In this document: positions 44,217-54,264 of the stretch, piece after piece | How the letters are laid out: each line of letters opens with the position of its first letter | Numbering within the stretch: the stretch's first letter is position 1 | Origin: Oscillospiraceae bacterium | GTDB lineage: Bacteria; Bacillota; Clostridia; Oscillospirales; CAG-272 | Assembly: GCA_015063695.1 (NCBI GenBank) | Contig: SVTQ01000001.1 | Span: 70,311-134,310, forward strand | Length of the DNA: 64,000 bases | Direction of reading: 5' to 3' | Notes under the pieces: model-generated | What the model was told of the DNA's origin: nothing | The model's input: the letters and a program-made list of their open reading frames with translations, nothing else | Databases searched by the model: none | Translations under genes and position numbers: made by a program

Positions 44217-45752
44217 TTATTTAACGAGGCTTTCGATTACTTCGAGAATATAATCAACCGTTGCTTCGGATGCGATCACGGGAGGCTTCATAAGAAGGGC
44301 GGGAGGACAGTTTACCTTGTAGGTCTGAGCAGATGCGTCGATGTAAGCTTCCTTCATCTTTTTTGCAAAGCCTGCAGCTGCTTCAACGGACGTGAAGTGG
44401 AGAGCTGCAAGAAGCTCAAGTCCTTCGACCTTGAGAATGGTTTCGGGATATTTAGCCTGGATAGCGCGAAGACCGTTTTCAAATCTTACGCCCATTTCGG
44501 TAACCTTATCACCGTTTGCTCTCATAAAGGTCATAGTGATGAGGTATGCGAGAGAAGCGAGCTCTTCCTGACCGTTTGTAACGAGAGCACCGAACTGGTT
44601 CAGTGTATCCATTTCAGCAGTTGTGATTATCTTACTTGCAGGATATTCGCCGCCGGGGAAGCCCTTACCTACGATGGCGAAGTCGGGCTTCAGGTCGTAA
44701 AGTCTGAAGAGGAACATTCCCTTGTACCACATGCAGGACTGAATTTCGTCAACAAGCGTGGGAGTGTCGTACTGTTCGCATATCTCATAAGCGCCCTGTA
44801 AGAATTCCTTTGTAAGTCTTATTCCGCCGTAGTTCATAAGGATGATCTCATGGAGGAAGCCTGCGGTCTTGTAGTTTCCGCTGTTGTACTTTTCCATCTT
44901 TGCCTTGAAATCGTCAAGGTCGTTTATCATAACGGGAACTACCTTGTAGATTCCTGCCTCTTCCTGCTTCTTGTAGTAGTCGGGCCAGAGACCGCGGAAG
45001 GTCTGTGTGATTGTTGTTGTACCGTGATAGTTAGCCTCGGATGCGCCCGTCTTGTCAGCCATAACGAAGAAAACGGGAGTCTTGCCCTCGTACTTGGGAG
45101 CGGGGAACTCGGGGGAGAGCTTGTAGAAGCGTGCAAGCATCATCTTAACGCCTGCTTCAACTGCGAGAGAGCCTGTTTCAAGGTTGATTACTCTGTTAAG
45201 TACTTTATGTTCAGTAGAGGCAAGAACCTCTGCTGTTGCCTTGTCGTCTTCCCATTCGATGCCGTTTGCGGACTGAACGAGGCGAACCTCGCAAAGTCTT
45301 GTAACAAAACCTCTTGTGTTGTTGTGAGTTGCGTTGAGAATACCGAGAGCGCGTGCGTTGTCGATAAGCTTATACCCGTCAAACTTGTGGCCGAGGGGAG
45401 TGTGGTAATGTTCACTCTTGCCAACGAGGTAGAGCTTGCCGTCTTCACCTACACGGTAGTTGCAGATACCTGTGATGGGAGCGGAATCCTTGCTGAGAGC
45501 GTGCTGGAAAGCAGCAGTTGCCGCGCCGTCAACGTCATTCTTAAAGGGAGCAATTATCTCTTTTCCTACCTTGCAGAGAAGCTCGTCGTTTTTAGCCTGC
45601 TTTGCTTCGGGATAGAAGTCGATCTTTTCGGCAGCTATTTTTTTACCTTCCTCGGCATCCATTACGCCGAAAACGTCATTAGCTTCTACGATTTTTGCCA
45701 GATATTCCTTTCCGAGAATATCCTCAAGAGAAAGCTTAGGGGAAACAAACAT
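44217..45752 (-). CDS. Class-III aminotransferase-fold PLP enzyme (divergent, ~100-aa N-terminal extension)
   Basis: ETGSLAVEAGVKMMLAR...NYHGTT and LVDEIQSCMW...PDFAIVGKGFPGG parallel the class-III patterns SGSEA..A.K.AR / YHG.T / DEVQTGFGR..PD....K..GGG, including the PLP lysine. Confidence 0.65.
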   Translation of the reverse strand: MFVSPKLSLEDILGKEYLAKIVEANDVFGVMDAEEGKKIAAEKIDFYPEAKQAKNDELLCKVGKEIIAPFKNDVDGAATAAFQHALSKDSAPITGICNYRVGEDGKLYLVGKSEHYHTPLGHKFDGYKLIDNARALGILNATHNNTRGFVTRLCEVRLVQSANGIEWEDDKATAEVLASTEHKVLNRVINLETGSLAVEAGVKMMLARFYKLSPEFPAPKYEGKTPVFFVMADKTGASEANYHGTTTITQTFRGLWPDYYKKQEEAGIYKVVPVMINDLDDFKAKMEKYNSGNYKTAGFLHEIILMNYGGIRLTKEFLQGAYEICEQYDTPTLVDEIQSCMWYKGMFLFRLYDLKPDFAIVGKGFPGGEYPASKIITTAEMDTLNQFGALVTNGQEELASLAYLITMTFMRANGDKVTEMGVRFENGLRAIQAKYPETILKVEGLELLAALHFTSVEAAAGFAKKMKEAYIDASAQTYKVNCPPALLMKPPVIASEATVDYILEVIESLVK

Positions 45753-45858
45753 TTTCCATACCTCCGTATATGTGAAATATAATTATCGTGTTATCGTGGC
45801 TTGGGGCTTCGTCCGTTTTGCAGTCCGAAAGCCTATTTATACATAATAATACATTTTA

Positions 45859-45887
45859 ATAGTAACAGAAACACCGCCTTTTGTCAA
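45859..45887 (-). promoter_or_regulatory. Promoter of the aminotransferase-kinase operon
   Basis: Minus strand: TTGACA (45887-82), 17-nt spacer, TACTAT (45864-59). It lies about 100 nt upstream of the ATG. Confidence 0.55.
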
Positions 45888-45973
45888 ATGAAAAATGACC
45901 GTTTTAGAATAATTCATCAAAAACAGTCATTTTGCCGTAGTTTTTACGGTTTTTATTGTGTATTTATTTATTT

Positions 45974-47047
45974 TCAGTTGCCTGCGTCGTCGAGGGATAG
46001 CTGTGAGCCTGCGGCAGGAGCGGCGCGGAAGGGAATTCCCAGATGCTCGTATGCGAGACGTGTGGCACATCTGCCTCGGGGAGTACGGGAGAGAAATCCT
46101 ATCTGCATGAGATAGGGCTCGTAAACGTCCTCGATGGTTATAGCCTCTTCTCCGATGGTTGCGGCAAGAGTTTCAAGACCGACGGGGCCTCCGTCGTAGA
46201 ATTTTATAATGGTCTCAAGCATTCTGCGGTCTGTGTTGTCAAGGCCGAGCTCGTCAACGTCAAGCATTTTCAGAGCCTTCTGTGCCACGGCGAGAGTAAT
46301 TTCGCCGTCGCCCATTACCTGAGCGTAGTCGCGCACTCTCTTTAAAAACCTGTTGGCAATACGGGGAGTTCCTCTTGAACGCGATGCGATCTCAAGGGCG
46401 CCTTCTTCGGTTATGGGAACGCCTAAAATTCCCGCACTTCTCGTTACTATCTCCGCAAGCTCGGAGGGTGTATAAAGCTCAAGCTTCAGAAGAACTCCGA
46501 AACGGTCGCGCAGAGGCTGAGTCAGCTGACCTGCTCTCGTTGTGGCGCCGATGAGAGTGAAGCGTGGAAGGGGAAGATGAATGCTTCTTGCGGCAGGACC
46601 CTTGCCGATGATGATATCAAGCTTGAAGTCCTCCATGGCAGGATAAAGAATTTCCTCTATGTTTCGTGAGAGACGGTGTATCTCGTCGATGAAAAGCACG
46701 TCGCCTTCGGAGAGGTTTGTGAGAAGCGCCGCAAGGTCTCCCTGCTTTTCGATGGCAGGGCCCGAGGTCACTCTGAAGTTTACTCCCAGCTCGTTTGCAA
46801 CGATGCCCGAAAGGGTGGTCTTACCGAGACCGGGCGGGCCGTAAAGGAGCACGTGGTCAAGGCAGTCTCCGCGAAGCTTAACTGCTTCAATATATATTTT
46901 CAGTATTTCCTTGTTCTTTTCCTGTCCTATGTATTCGTCAAGGGAATGGGGGCGCAGGGACAGCTCGGTCTCCGTGTCCTCGGGAGTGTACTCCGTGTCA
47001 ACCATTCTGCCTTCGTAATCAAATTCTGTATCGTCAAAGTATTCCAT
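45974..47047 (-). CDS. ruvB: Holliday junction branch-migration helicase RuvB
   Basis: RP..L.EYIGQE, Walker [10 protein letters not shown], and FIDEIHRL. Confidence 0.95.
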   Translation of the reverse strand: MEYFDDTEFDYEGRMVDTEYTPEDTETELSLRPHSLDEYIGQEKNKEILKIYIEAVKLRGDCLDHVLLYGPPGLGKTTLSGIVANELGVNFRVTSGPAIEKQGDLAALLTNLSEGDVLFIDEIHRLSRNIEEILYPAMEDFKLDIIIGKGPAARSIHLPLPRFTLIGATTRAGQLTQPLRDRFGVLLKLELYTPSELAEIVTRSAGILGVPITEEGALEIASRSRGTPRIANRFLKRVRDYAQVMGDGEITLAVAQKALKMLDVDELGLDNTDRRMLETIIKFYDGGPVGLETLAATIGEEAITIEDVYEPYLMQIGFLSRTPRGRCATRLAYEHLGIPFRAAPAAGSQLSLDDAGN

Positions 47048-47083
47048 GGCTTTTCCTTTCAGAAGGGTATTTTTCCGTTAAGC

Positions 47084-47704
47084 TCAGCTCATAAGAAAGG
47101 CGAGAGCCTGTCTGATTATTGTCTCAACGTCTGCGCTCTGGTCAACGTTTTTCAGAGCCTTCATAGCCTCAGCAGATGTATAGCCGAGAACAATAAGGGC
47201 ATCTTTGGCATCGGAGAGCTTTGTGGTTGAAACGGGAGATGCGCTCTTTCCCGAAACGACCTTTGTTGCCGCCGCATCGGAAACGGGGAAGTTCTTTGCG
47301 AACTTGTCCTTGAGCTCAAGAACGACGCGCGCCGCGGTCTTCGCACCCACACCCTGAGCTCTTGCAATAGCCTTTGAGTCCTCGGTGGAAACGGCGAGGG
47401 CAAGTGCATCGGGGGAGAGCACCGAAAGAATGGCGCAAGCCGCCTTAGGGCCGACACCCGAAACGGTTATGAGAAGGCGGAACATTTCAAGCTCCTTTGT
47501 GTCGTAGAAACCGTAGAGCTCAACGGCATCCTCTCTCACCTGCATGTGAGTGTAAATTCTCACGCTTGCTCTGTCGGCGGCAGAAAGCTTTGTAAGGGTA
47601 TTCGCGGTAACGGTGGTCTTATATCCCACACCGCCGCAGTCAACGACGGCTGTATACGTGAGCGCATCAAGGTAAATGAGCTCACCTGTAAGACAGTATA
47701 TCAT
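47084..47704 (-). CDS. ruvA: Holliday junction DNA-binding protein RuvA
   Basis: MIYCLTGEL..., helix-hairpin-helix SGVGPKAA / QGVGAKTA, and a C-terminal domain III. The ORF-track 5' extension to 47995 overlaps the upstream gene and was discarded. Confidence 0.9.
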   Translation of the reverse strand: MIYCLTGELIYLDALTYTAVVDCGGVGYKTTVTANTLTKLSAADRASVRIYTHMQVREDAVELYGFYDTKELEMFRLLITVSGVGPKAACAILSVLSPDALALAVSTEDSKAIARAQGVGAKTAARVVLELKDKFAKNFPVSDAAATKVVSGKSASPVSTTKLSDAKDALIVLGYTSAEAMKALKNVDQSADVETIIRQALAFLMS

Positions 47705-47726
47705 GTCATTGTCCTTTCGTTTTATA

Positions 47727-50615
47727 TCAGTCTTCTTTTTTTGTGTTTTTTCTCGCGAGGATCTCAGATGCTCCCATAAGGACAGCCGCAAGAAGTCCCG
47801 CGACACTGATGATAACACCGTATTTGAAGCAGTCGGGGCTGTATTCAAGTCTGAGGTCGTGCTCGCCTTCGGGAAGCTCAAAGGTAATGAGCGCATCTGC
47901 ACCCTTTGCATAGGAAACTTCTTCTCCGTCGCAGATGATCCTCCAGCCCTCGTCGTAGGGGATGGAGGTAAATATCTGAGTTTGGTCGCCGGCAACGTCT
48001 ATCGTGCCGAGAAGCTGTGTGTCGGTATGCTTGGTTATTTCAAACTGAGAAGCGGAGAGCTTTTCCATTGCGTACTTAAATCTGTCTGCATTTGTCTGCC
48101 AGAAGTAGTAACCGCTGTCCCAGATATAGAGATTGTCCTTTTTAAGCTCAAGCCTTACGGTAACCGTGTCGCCTTTTTCGTATGTGCCGAGGTCAACTAT
48201 GCGGTAGGTCTCGTTTCCGAAATAGGTTCCGTCCTGCTCACCGTCAATAAAGAGAGTGCACTCTCTGATATATTCGCTTGGGAAATAGCAGTAGAGGGGA
48301 CCGTCATAAACAGCCGTTACAAAGAAGGTGACCGAGGAAGCCTCGTCTTTGTTTACAGGCTCATATTTAATATGGGAGGAAACGTAGACCTCCGAGAGGT
48401 TTGAGGTCGTATTGATATCGTAATCAATGCCCGTGAAAACTCCTTCCCCGTCAGGCTCGCCCAACATGTGGTTTACAAGGGTGTTCATTTTAGCGGGGGG
48501 AGAGGGATAGGTGCCGTCGTCACCGATGGAAGAGTTTGTGTAAAGCGGGGAAACACCGTAGGCAAGGGAGAGAGCATAGGGGTTCTCATAGTAACGGTAT
48601 TCGGGCTTTTCGTATTCCTTCACAAGGTCATAAAAATCAACGTATTCTTCTTTATCCGTAATGAGATACTTGATGCCGAGAAGGGAGTCGGCCACAGGTG
48701 TTCTGCCCAGATATTTGGTCCAGTGGGACTTTGAGGAAAGCCCCATTCTGTTGAGAAATTCAATGGTTTCGGCGTTGAGGGTAGAGGTGGAATTGGAAAG
48801 ACCGTTTATGCCGAGAGCAAGGTTGTCATTGGTCTTTCTGTGGACGGTCTTTTCCATTCTGTAGAAAGAGTCATCGTTTTCTTTTATGTCGAAAACGACC
48901 TCGCGCAGCCCGTCGATATGGTCGCGGTAGCCGGTTCTTCCCGAGAACTTAACGTCCTCGTCAAGGTCGAAGAAATTGACAAGTCCCGCTCCGAAAAGCT
49001 CGAAGGAAACTATCATCGTGAGAGCTATAACCGCAGTTATATGGGTGAGGTCGTTTTTCGATGCGGCACCTGTCAGAATACCGAGGTAAATGAGGGCGGC
49101 ACCGATGGTGACCCAAACAGAGAGAAGGTCGGGCAGGTTTTCGTATTCAAGCTTCTGCAGAATAACGATAAGTCCTATAACACCCATCGCCGACCCTGCG
49201 ATATAGCTGAATTTTATCTCTCTTATTTTTTCGAATACTCTGAAAGCAAGGTAAACAAGGAAGAAAGAAAGCATGAAGGCGTATCGGTAATTGAGCCAGT
49301 TGGGCTTCTGCATACCGTGCCAGATAAGGTCGAGGGTGGATGCGTTCATGCTGAAAATGAAGAATACGATGAGGATTGCGGACGCTATCTTTTCTCTTAA
49401 GCTGAATTTTTTTGAAATAAAAAACGAGGGGACAAGAAGGAGAGAGAGGGTTCCCGTATAGAGGAAGGGAAGCCCTTCGGGACGAACAGTGTCGTAGGAA
49501 CCGAAGAACAATTTCGTCAGCATATCGGCAAAATCAAATTTCTGAGTGAGGAGCCACTTGGGCGTTGAAAAGTCTGTTTTGCCAAATGACAGGGAATAGT
49601 AGGTGGGAAGGATTATGACGGCGCAGATACAAACCGCAAGAATTCCGCCTGCGGCAAATTTTCCAAATCTCGTTATAAAATGCTTCTTTATGCCGAGAGG
49701 ATTTCTCTCCTCGGGAGTTGATTTGAAATAGTAGAAGAAAAAGTATGCCGCCGAGAAAATACACATCATATAACCGATGTAGAAGTTACTGAAAACGGCT
49801 ATTGTCAGAGGTATTACGAAGCGGAAAATCCCGCCGTTTTTGATAAGGTGTTCAATGCCCAGCATAATGAGCGGAAGGAGGATAAGGTTGTCCGTCCACA
49901 TGGTGTTATGCTGCATTACCACCGCGAAGGCGCAGAGGGCATACATTGAGGAGAAAAGCACTGCTGAGACGGGGGCTCTCGGTCTTGTTTTATGAACGTA
50001 ATAACCGAAGGTGAAGCCGCAGAGACCGCATTTCAGAATAAACATAAAATACAGTGCTTCCGTAATATTTTCCTTTGGGAAAAGAGCCACGATAAGGGAC
50101 AGAGGGCTTGAGAGATAGTAGGCGAAAATGCCCATGAACTCTCCGCCGAGAGCTCTTTTAAAGGAATAGAGAAGGCTTCCGCCTTCGGTGATTATATCGC
50201 GAAGAGCTTCAAAATAATAGACGTACTGACCGTTGAGGTCAAGAACGAGAACGGAGTTGCTTCCGAAGGGGAAAACTCCCATAACGGCATAGATGAGAGC
50301 CATTATGAAAGCAGGGACGAAAAAGCAGAGAAGAAGGTATTTTTTGCCCTTCAGCTTTTCTGAGATCCTTCTGAAAAAGGTTTTTTTTCTTATGGGAACA
50401 GCATCGTCCGAACCGTCGGCATTAAGGGCATCGCTTTCGGAAATAAAGTCCTCAAATTCGTTTTTATCAAAGGAGAGATCTTCAAAGTCTCCCTCGTTTG
50501 CATCGGGCTCGGCGAACTCATTTTCATCCATTACGGGGTCTTCGAAAGTCATTTCTTCCGTTCCCTCAAAGGAGTTTTCGGGAGCGTTATTTTCGTTTTC
50601 GTATTCAGCTCTCAT
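47727..50615 (-). CDS. YfhO-family large polytopic membrane protein with acidic N-terminal tail (tentative family call)
   Basis: About 13 TM segments followed by a ~350-aa extracytoplasmic C-terminal domain. Size and layout fit YfhO-type glycosyl-transfer proteins. Start at ATG 50615 (AGGAGG, 9-nt spacer). Confidence 0.55.
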   Translation of the reverse strand: MRAEYENENNAPENSFEGTEEMTFEDPVMDENEFAEPDANEGDFEDLSFDKNEFEDFISESDALNADGSDDAVPIRKKTFFRRISEKLKGKKYLLLCFFVPAFIMALIYAVMGVFPFGSNSVLVLDLNGQYVYYFEALRDIITEGGSLLYSFKRALGGEFMGIFAYYLSSPLSLIVALFPKENITEALYFMFILKCGLCGFTFGYYVHKTRPRAPVSAVLFSSMYALCAFAVVMQHNTMWTDNLILLPLIMLGIEHLIKNGGIFRFVIPLTIAVFSNFYIGYMMCIFSAAYFFFYYFKSTPEERNPLGIKKHFITRFGKFAAGGILAVCICAVIILPTYYSLSFGKTDFSTPKWLLTQKFDFADMLTKLFFGSYDTVRPEGLPFLYTGTLSLLLVPSFFISKKFSLREKIASAILIVFFIFSMNASTLDLIWHGMQKPNWLNYRYAFMLSFFLVYLAFRVFEKIREIKFSYIAGSAMGVIGLIVILQKLEYENLPDLLSVWVTIGAALIYLGILTGAASKNDLTHITAVIALTMIVSFELFGAGLVNFFDLDEDVKFSGRTGYRDHIDGLREVVFDIKENDDSFYRMEKTVHRKTNDNLALGINGLSNSTSTLNAETIEFLNRMGLSSKSHWTKYLGRTPVADSLLGIKYLITDKEEYVDFYDLVKEYEKPEYRYYENPYALSLAYGVSPLYTNSSIGDDGTYPSPPAKMNTLVNHMLGEPDGEGVFTGIDYDINTTSNLSEVYVSSHIKYEPVNKDEASSVTFFVTAVYDGPLYCYFPSEYIRECTLFIDGEQDGTYFGNETYRIVDLGTYEKGDTVTVRLELKKDNLYIWDSGYYFWQTNADRFKYAMEKLSASQFEITKHTDTQLLGTIDVAGDQTQIFTSIPYDEGWRIICDGEEVSYAKGADALITFELPEGEHDLRLEYSPDCFKYGVIISVAGLLAAVLMGASEILARKNTKKED

Positions 50616-50811
50616 CGGTATTTTCCTCCTTTGTAACTTTCTTAACGGAGCGCTCAAGCTTTTCTCTGGGAAGGGTCATGTCTCTGCCGCAACCGAGGCA
50701 CTGTATTCTCACGTCAGAGCCTGTGCGGAGTACGCAAAATCTTTTCTCGCCGCAGGGGTGGGGCTTTTTCAGTTCAAGAACGTCGCCCTGCTGAAATCTG
50801 ATTATATTCAA
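50605..50811 (-). CDS. DUF951-family small protein
   Basis: GDVLELKKPHPCGEKRFCVLRTGSDVRIQCLGCGR matches the DUF951 signature (..MKKPHPCG....C.GC). TTG start at 50811 with AAAGGAG 8 nt upstream. The 3' end overlaps the yfhO-like start by 11 nt. Confidence 0.7.
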   Translation of the reverse strand: MNIIRFQQGDVLELKKPHPCGEKRFCVLRTGSDVRIQCLGCGRDMTLPREKLERSVKKVTKEENTDES

Positions 50812-50947
50812 GTTGAGAACTCCTTTCGTAAAAAATGAGTATCGCATAATATCCTAACCTACATTTTACCATGAAAACAGGTCTTTGTAAACAACTTTGA
50901 CGAAAATTTGTTCGTCAGCTTTTTACAAAATACATAATTCTTTAAGG

Positions 50948-50976
50948 TTGACTTGAGAGATATAACATGCTATAAT
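50948..50976 (+). promoter_or_regulatory. Promoter of ruvC
   Basis: TTGACT (50948-53), 17-nt spacer, TATAAT (50971-76). Confidence 0.6.
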
Positions 50977-51011
50977 ATATTAATATAAATTTTAAAATGG
51001 GGGAGTATGCC

Positions 51012-51509
51012 GTGAGAATACTTGGAATAGACCCGGGAATTGCCATCGTTGGTTGGGGAGTGCTTGACTATGCGAACTTTAAATTCAAGCCCGTGGCATA
51101 CGATTCCATAACTACGAAAGCGGGGCTTCCCGTTGAGGAGAGACTTTCTCAGATATACACACAGCTTTCCGAGATAATTGAAAAATACAAGCCCGAAGCC
51201 ATGGCGGTGGAGGAGCTCTTCTGGAATACCAACCAGAAGACGGGTATTGTCGTTGCCGAGGCGCGAGGAGTAATTCTTCTCTGTGCGAGACAGCACGGAA
51301 TTCCCATTTTTGAGTACACCCCTCTGCAGGTCAAGCAGGCGGTGGTAGGCTACGGCAGAGCGGAGAAGAAGCAGGTCATCACAATGGTGACTACCCTTCT
51401 CGGTCTCCCGAAACCCCCGAAGCCCGACGATACGGCGGACGCCCTGGCTCTCGCCATGTGCCACGGTCACGTGGGAGCATCTGTGCTCAGTAAGTATTAC
51501 AAGATGTGA
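51012..51509 (+). CDS. ruvC: Crossover junction endodeoxyribonuclease RuvC
   Basis: RILGIDPG (catalytic Asp), AVEELF, and DAADALALA. GTG start at 51012 after GGGGGAG. Confidence 0.9.
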   Translation: MRILGIDPGIAIVGWGVLDYANFKFKPVAYDSITTKAGLPVEERLSQIYTQLSEIIEKYKPEAMAVEELFWNTNQKTGIVVAEARGVILLCARQHGIPIFEYTPLQVKQAVVGYGRAEKKQVITMVTTLLGLPKPPKPDDTADALALAMCHGHVGASVLSKYYKM

Positions 51510-51522
51510 AAGGAAAAACGGT

Positions 51523-52407
51523 ATGTGGACAAGCGATAAATGGATAGATTACGAGCTTCTCGATGCGGAAGGCGGCGAGCGCCTTGAAAGATGGGGTGAC
51601 TATATTCTTATCAGACCCGACCCTCAGATAATATGGACGGGTGAGCGCAAAAATCCCCTTTGGAGAAAAGCTCACGGTGTTTACAGACGTTCAAAGAGCG
51701 GCGGCGGTAAGTGGGTGGTAAACAAGATGCCCGACAACTGGAATATAAATTACGGAAAGCTTACCTTCAAGCTCCGTCCCATGGGCTTTAAGCATACGGG
51801 TCTTTTCCCCGAGCAGGCGGTAAACTGGGATTGGTTCTCAGCACTTATCCGCGAGAGAGTTGAAAAGGAGCCCGACAAAAAGCCTAAGGTGCTGAACCTA
51901 TTTGCATATACGGGCGGTGCTACTGCGGCAGCAGCGGCGGCAGGAGCGGCAGTCTGTCACGTTGACGCATCAAAAGGAATGGTGGGTGCGGCAAAGGAAA
52001 ACCTTGCCCTCTCGGGCCTCGGTGACGCGCCCGTAAGATATATCGTTGACGACTGCAAGAAGTTCGTTGAACGTGAAATTCGCCGCGGCAACAAATACGA
52101 CGGTATCATAATGGACCCTCCCTCCTACGGCAGAGGCCCCGGCGGCGAGGTGTGGAAGCTTGAGGACTGCGCCTTTGAGCTCATTTCCCTTGCGGCATCC
52201 CTTCTTACGGAAAAGCCCATCTTTTTCCTTATCAATTCCTACACCACGGGCCTTTCCCCTGCCACCATGGGATATATGCTTATGAAGTCCCTACCCGAAG
52301 CTACCGCCAAAATGGGTCAGCTTGAAACGGGCGAGCTCGGGCTTCGCGTTAAGGACAGCGGCCTGCCTCTTCCTGCAGGCGCAAGCGCAAGATTTTTTAT
52401 AAAGTAA
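51523..52407 (+). CDS. Class-I SAM-dependent methyltransferase (RlmI/YwbD-like catalytic domain, no PUA)
   Basis: SAM motif I LNLFAYTGGAT, the acidic residue in HVDAS, and motif IV IIMDPPSY. Confidence 0.7.
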   Translation: MWTSDKWIDYELLDAEGGERLERWGDYILIRPDPQIIWTGERKNPLWRKAHGVYRRSKSGGGKWVVNKMPDNWNINYGKLTFKLRPMGFKHTGLFPEQAVNWDWFSALIRERVEKEPDKKPKVLNLFAYTGGATAAAAAAGAAVCHVDASKGMVGAAKENLALSGLGDAPVRYIVDDCKKFVEREIRRGNKYDGIIMDPPSYGRGPGGEVWKLEDCAFELISLAASLLTEKPIFFLINSYTTGLSPATMGYMLMKSLPEATAKMGQLETGELGLRVKDSGLPLPAGASARFFIK

Positions 52408-52466
52408 CACTACGTAACAGATTTTGGAGAGCGGCGCATCTTCGGGAAGTGCCGTTTTGGAGAACG

Positions 52467-53339
52467 ATGAGTAAGATAGTCAAGGCTGAAAATATATGCT
52501 TCGCCTACGAGGGTGAAACTCCCGAGGAAAAGGTAGAAGCGCTGAAAGACGTTAGCTTTGAGATAGAAGAAGGCTCCTTTGTTGCCATTTTAGGCAGAAA
52601 CGGAAGCGGAAAATCTACTCTTGCAAAGCTTTTGTGTATGATAAATGCTCCCGACAGCGGAAAGCTTACCGTGGACGGAGTTGAGGTTACCTCCGAGGGC
52701 GCATCCGAAGAGGATATTTACAGGGCGAGAAGAAACGTGGGAATGGTGTTCCAGAACCCCGATAACCAGATAGTTGCAACTATCGTGGAGGAGGATGTGG
52801 CATTCGGTCCCGAAAACTTAGGACTTCCCTCTGAAAAAATAAGACACCGTGTGGACGAGGCTCTTGAAACGGTGGGCATGACAAAATATGCCCGTCATTC
52901 TGCGGCGCGCCTTTCGGGCGGTCAGAAGCAGCGTATCGCCATCGCAGGCGTTATTGCCATGCGCCGTAAGTGCATCATCTTCGACGAGAGCACGGCAATG
53001 CTGGACCCCCTCGGCAGACACGAGGTCATGGAAAACATTGTGAAGCTCAACCGCGAGGAAGGCATAACCGTTATCATGATCACCCATTATATGAACGAAG
53101 CATCCCTTGCGGACAGAGTTATCGTTATGGAGGACGGCGGCATTATTATGGACGGCTCCCCCGAAGAAGTATTTGTGAGAGCTGAAGAGCTTTGGAAGGC
53201 AGGTCTTGACGTGCCTCAGACCACCGAGCTTATGTGGCGTCTTCGCGCCGAGGGACTTGACGTGCCCCTTGACGCATTTGAGCCCGAGGAGTGCGCGGCG
53301 GCAGTGCGCGCGGCTCTTGAGAAAAGGGGGTGCCTGTAA
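52467..53339 (+). CDS. ecfA1: ECF transporter ATPase EcfA1
   Basis: Walker A GRNGSGKST, signature LSGGQKQR, Walker B IIFDEST. Followed by ecfA2-ecfT. Confidence 0.9.
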   Translation: MSKIVKAENICFAYEGETPEEKVEALKDVSFEIEEGSFVAILGRNGSGKSTLAKLLCMINAPDSGKLTVDGVEVTSEGASEEDIYRARRNVGMVFQNPDNQIVATIVEEDVAFGPENLGLPSEKIRHRVDEALETVGMTKYARHSAARLSGGQKQRIAIAGVIAMRRKCIIFDESTAMLDPLGRHEVMENIVKLNREEGITVIMITHYMNEASLADRVIVMEDGGIIMDGSPEEVFVRAEELWKAGLDVPQTTELMWRLRAEGLDVPLDAFEPEECAAAVRAALEKRGCL

Positions 53340-54229
53340 TGAACAGAGAATTTGTTCCGGACAGTGAAAAATATATAGCTCAGTTCAGAAACGTAAATTT
53401 CGTATACAATAAGGGCGTTGCCTATGAAACGGTTGCCCTTGAGAACGTCGACCTCGATATTGAAAGGAACTGTATCACGGGCATAATCGGCGCAACGGGA
53501 AGCGGTAAATCCACCCTTGTGCAGATGCTCAACGGCCTTCTGAAGCCTATGACCGGCGAGGTATATATTGACGGTGTCAACATACACGGCAAAAAAGTGA
53601 AAATGAGAGATATCCGCTTCAAGGTGGGTCTTGTTATGCAGTATCCCGAGTATCAGCTTTTTGACGAGACCGTGGCAGATGATATCGCCTTCGGCCCCAA
53701 GAATATGGGTATAACGGGCGATGAGCTTGCCCTTCGCGTAATGAAAGCGGCGGATTTTTCGGGGCTTGATAAAAGTCTTCTTTCCAAATCTCCCTTTGAC
53801 CTCTCGGGCGGTCAAAAGCGCCGTGCCGCACTTGCAGGCGTTATGGCGATGGATCCGGCACTTCTCGTTCTTGACGAGCCTGCGGCAGGACTTGACCCTG
53901 CAGGCAGAAGAAATATTCTCGGAAGAATAAGAGAATATCAGAGAGAGAAGGGGACCTCCGTTGTAATAGTCAGCCACAGCATGGAGGATATGGCGAGATA
54001 CTGTGACAGACTTATCGTTATGGAGCACGGAAGGGTTGCCATGAACGACAAAACGGAAAACGTCTTTGCAAACCATGAGAGACTGAGAGCGGCGGGGCTT
54101 GACGTGCCCGAGATAACAAAGGTCGCAGAGGAGCTGAAAAAGCTTGGCATTGATATCGGTGACGATATCTATACGGTGAAGTATGCGGCAGGCGTTATTG
54201 CCGAAAAGTTTCTCGGCAAAAGGTTCTGA
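53339..54229 (+). CDS. ecfA2: ECF transporter ATPase EcfA2
   Basis: GATGSGKST, LSGGQKRR, and LVLDEPAAGLD. The ATG overlaps the ecfA1 stop (TAATG). Confidence 0.9.
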   Translation: MNREFVPDSEKYIAQFRNVNFVYNKGVAYETVALENVDLDIERNCITGIIGATGSGKSTLVQMLNGLLKPMTGEVYIDGVNIHGKKVKMRDIRFKVGLVMQYPEYQLFDETVADDIAFGPKNMGITGDELALRVMKAADFSGLDKSLLSKSPFDLSGGQKRRAALAGVMAMDPALLVLDEPAAGLDPAGRRNILGRIREYQREKGTSVVIVSHSMEDMARYCDRLIVMEHGRVAMNDKTENVFANHERLRAAGLDVPEITKVAEELKKLGIDIGDDIYTVKYAAGVIAEKFLGKRF

Positions 54230-54264
54230 TAAACCAAATTTCCAAAAATAACAGGTAATTACAG

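Noticed and set aside
47705-47995. A 97-codon N-terminal extension of the ruvA ORF given in the track (start 47995).
   Set aside because: The extension overlaps the 3' end of the yfhO-like gene and is Pro/Ser/Thr-rich junk. The canonical RuvA N-terminus MIYCLTGEL begins at ATG 47704.
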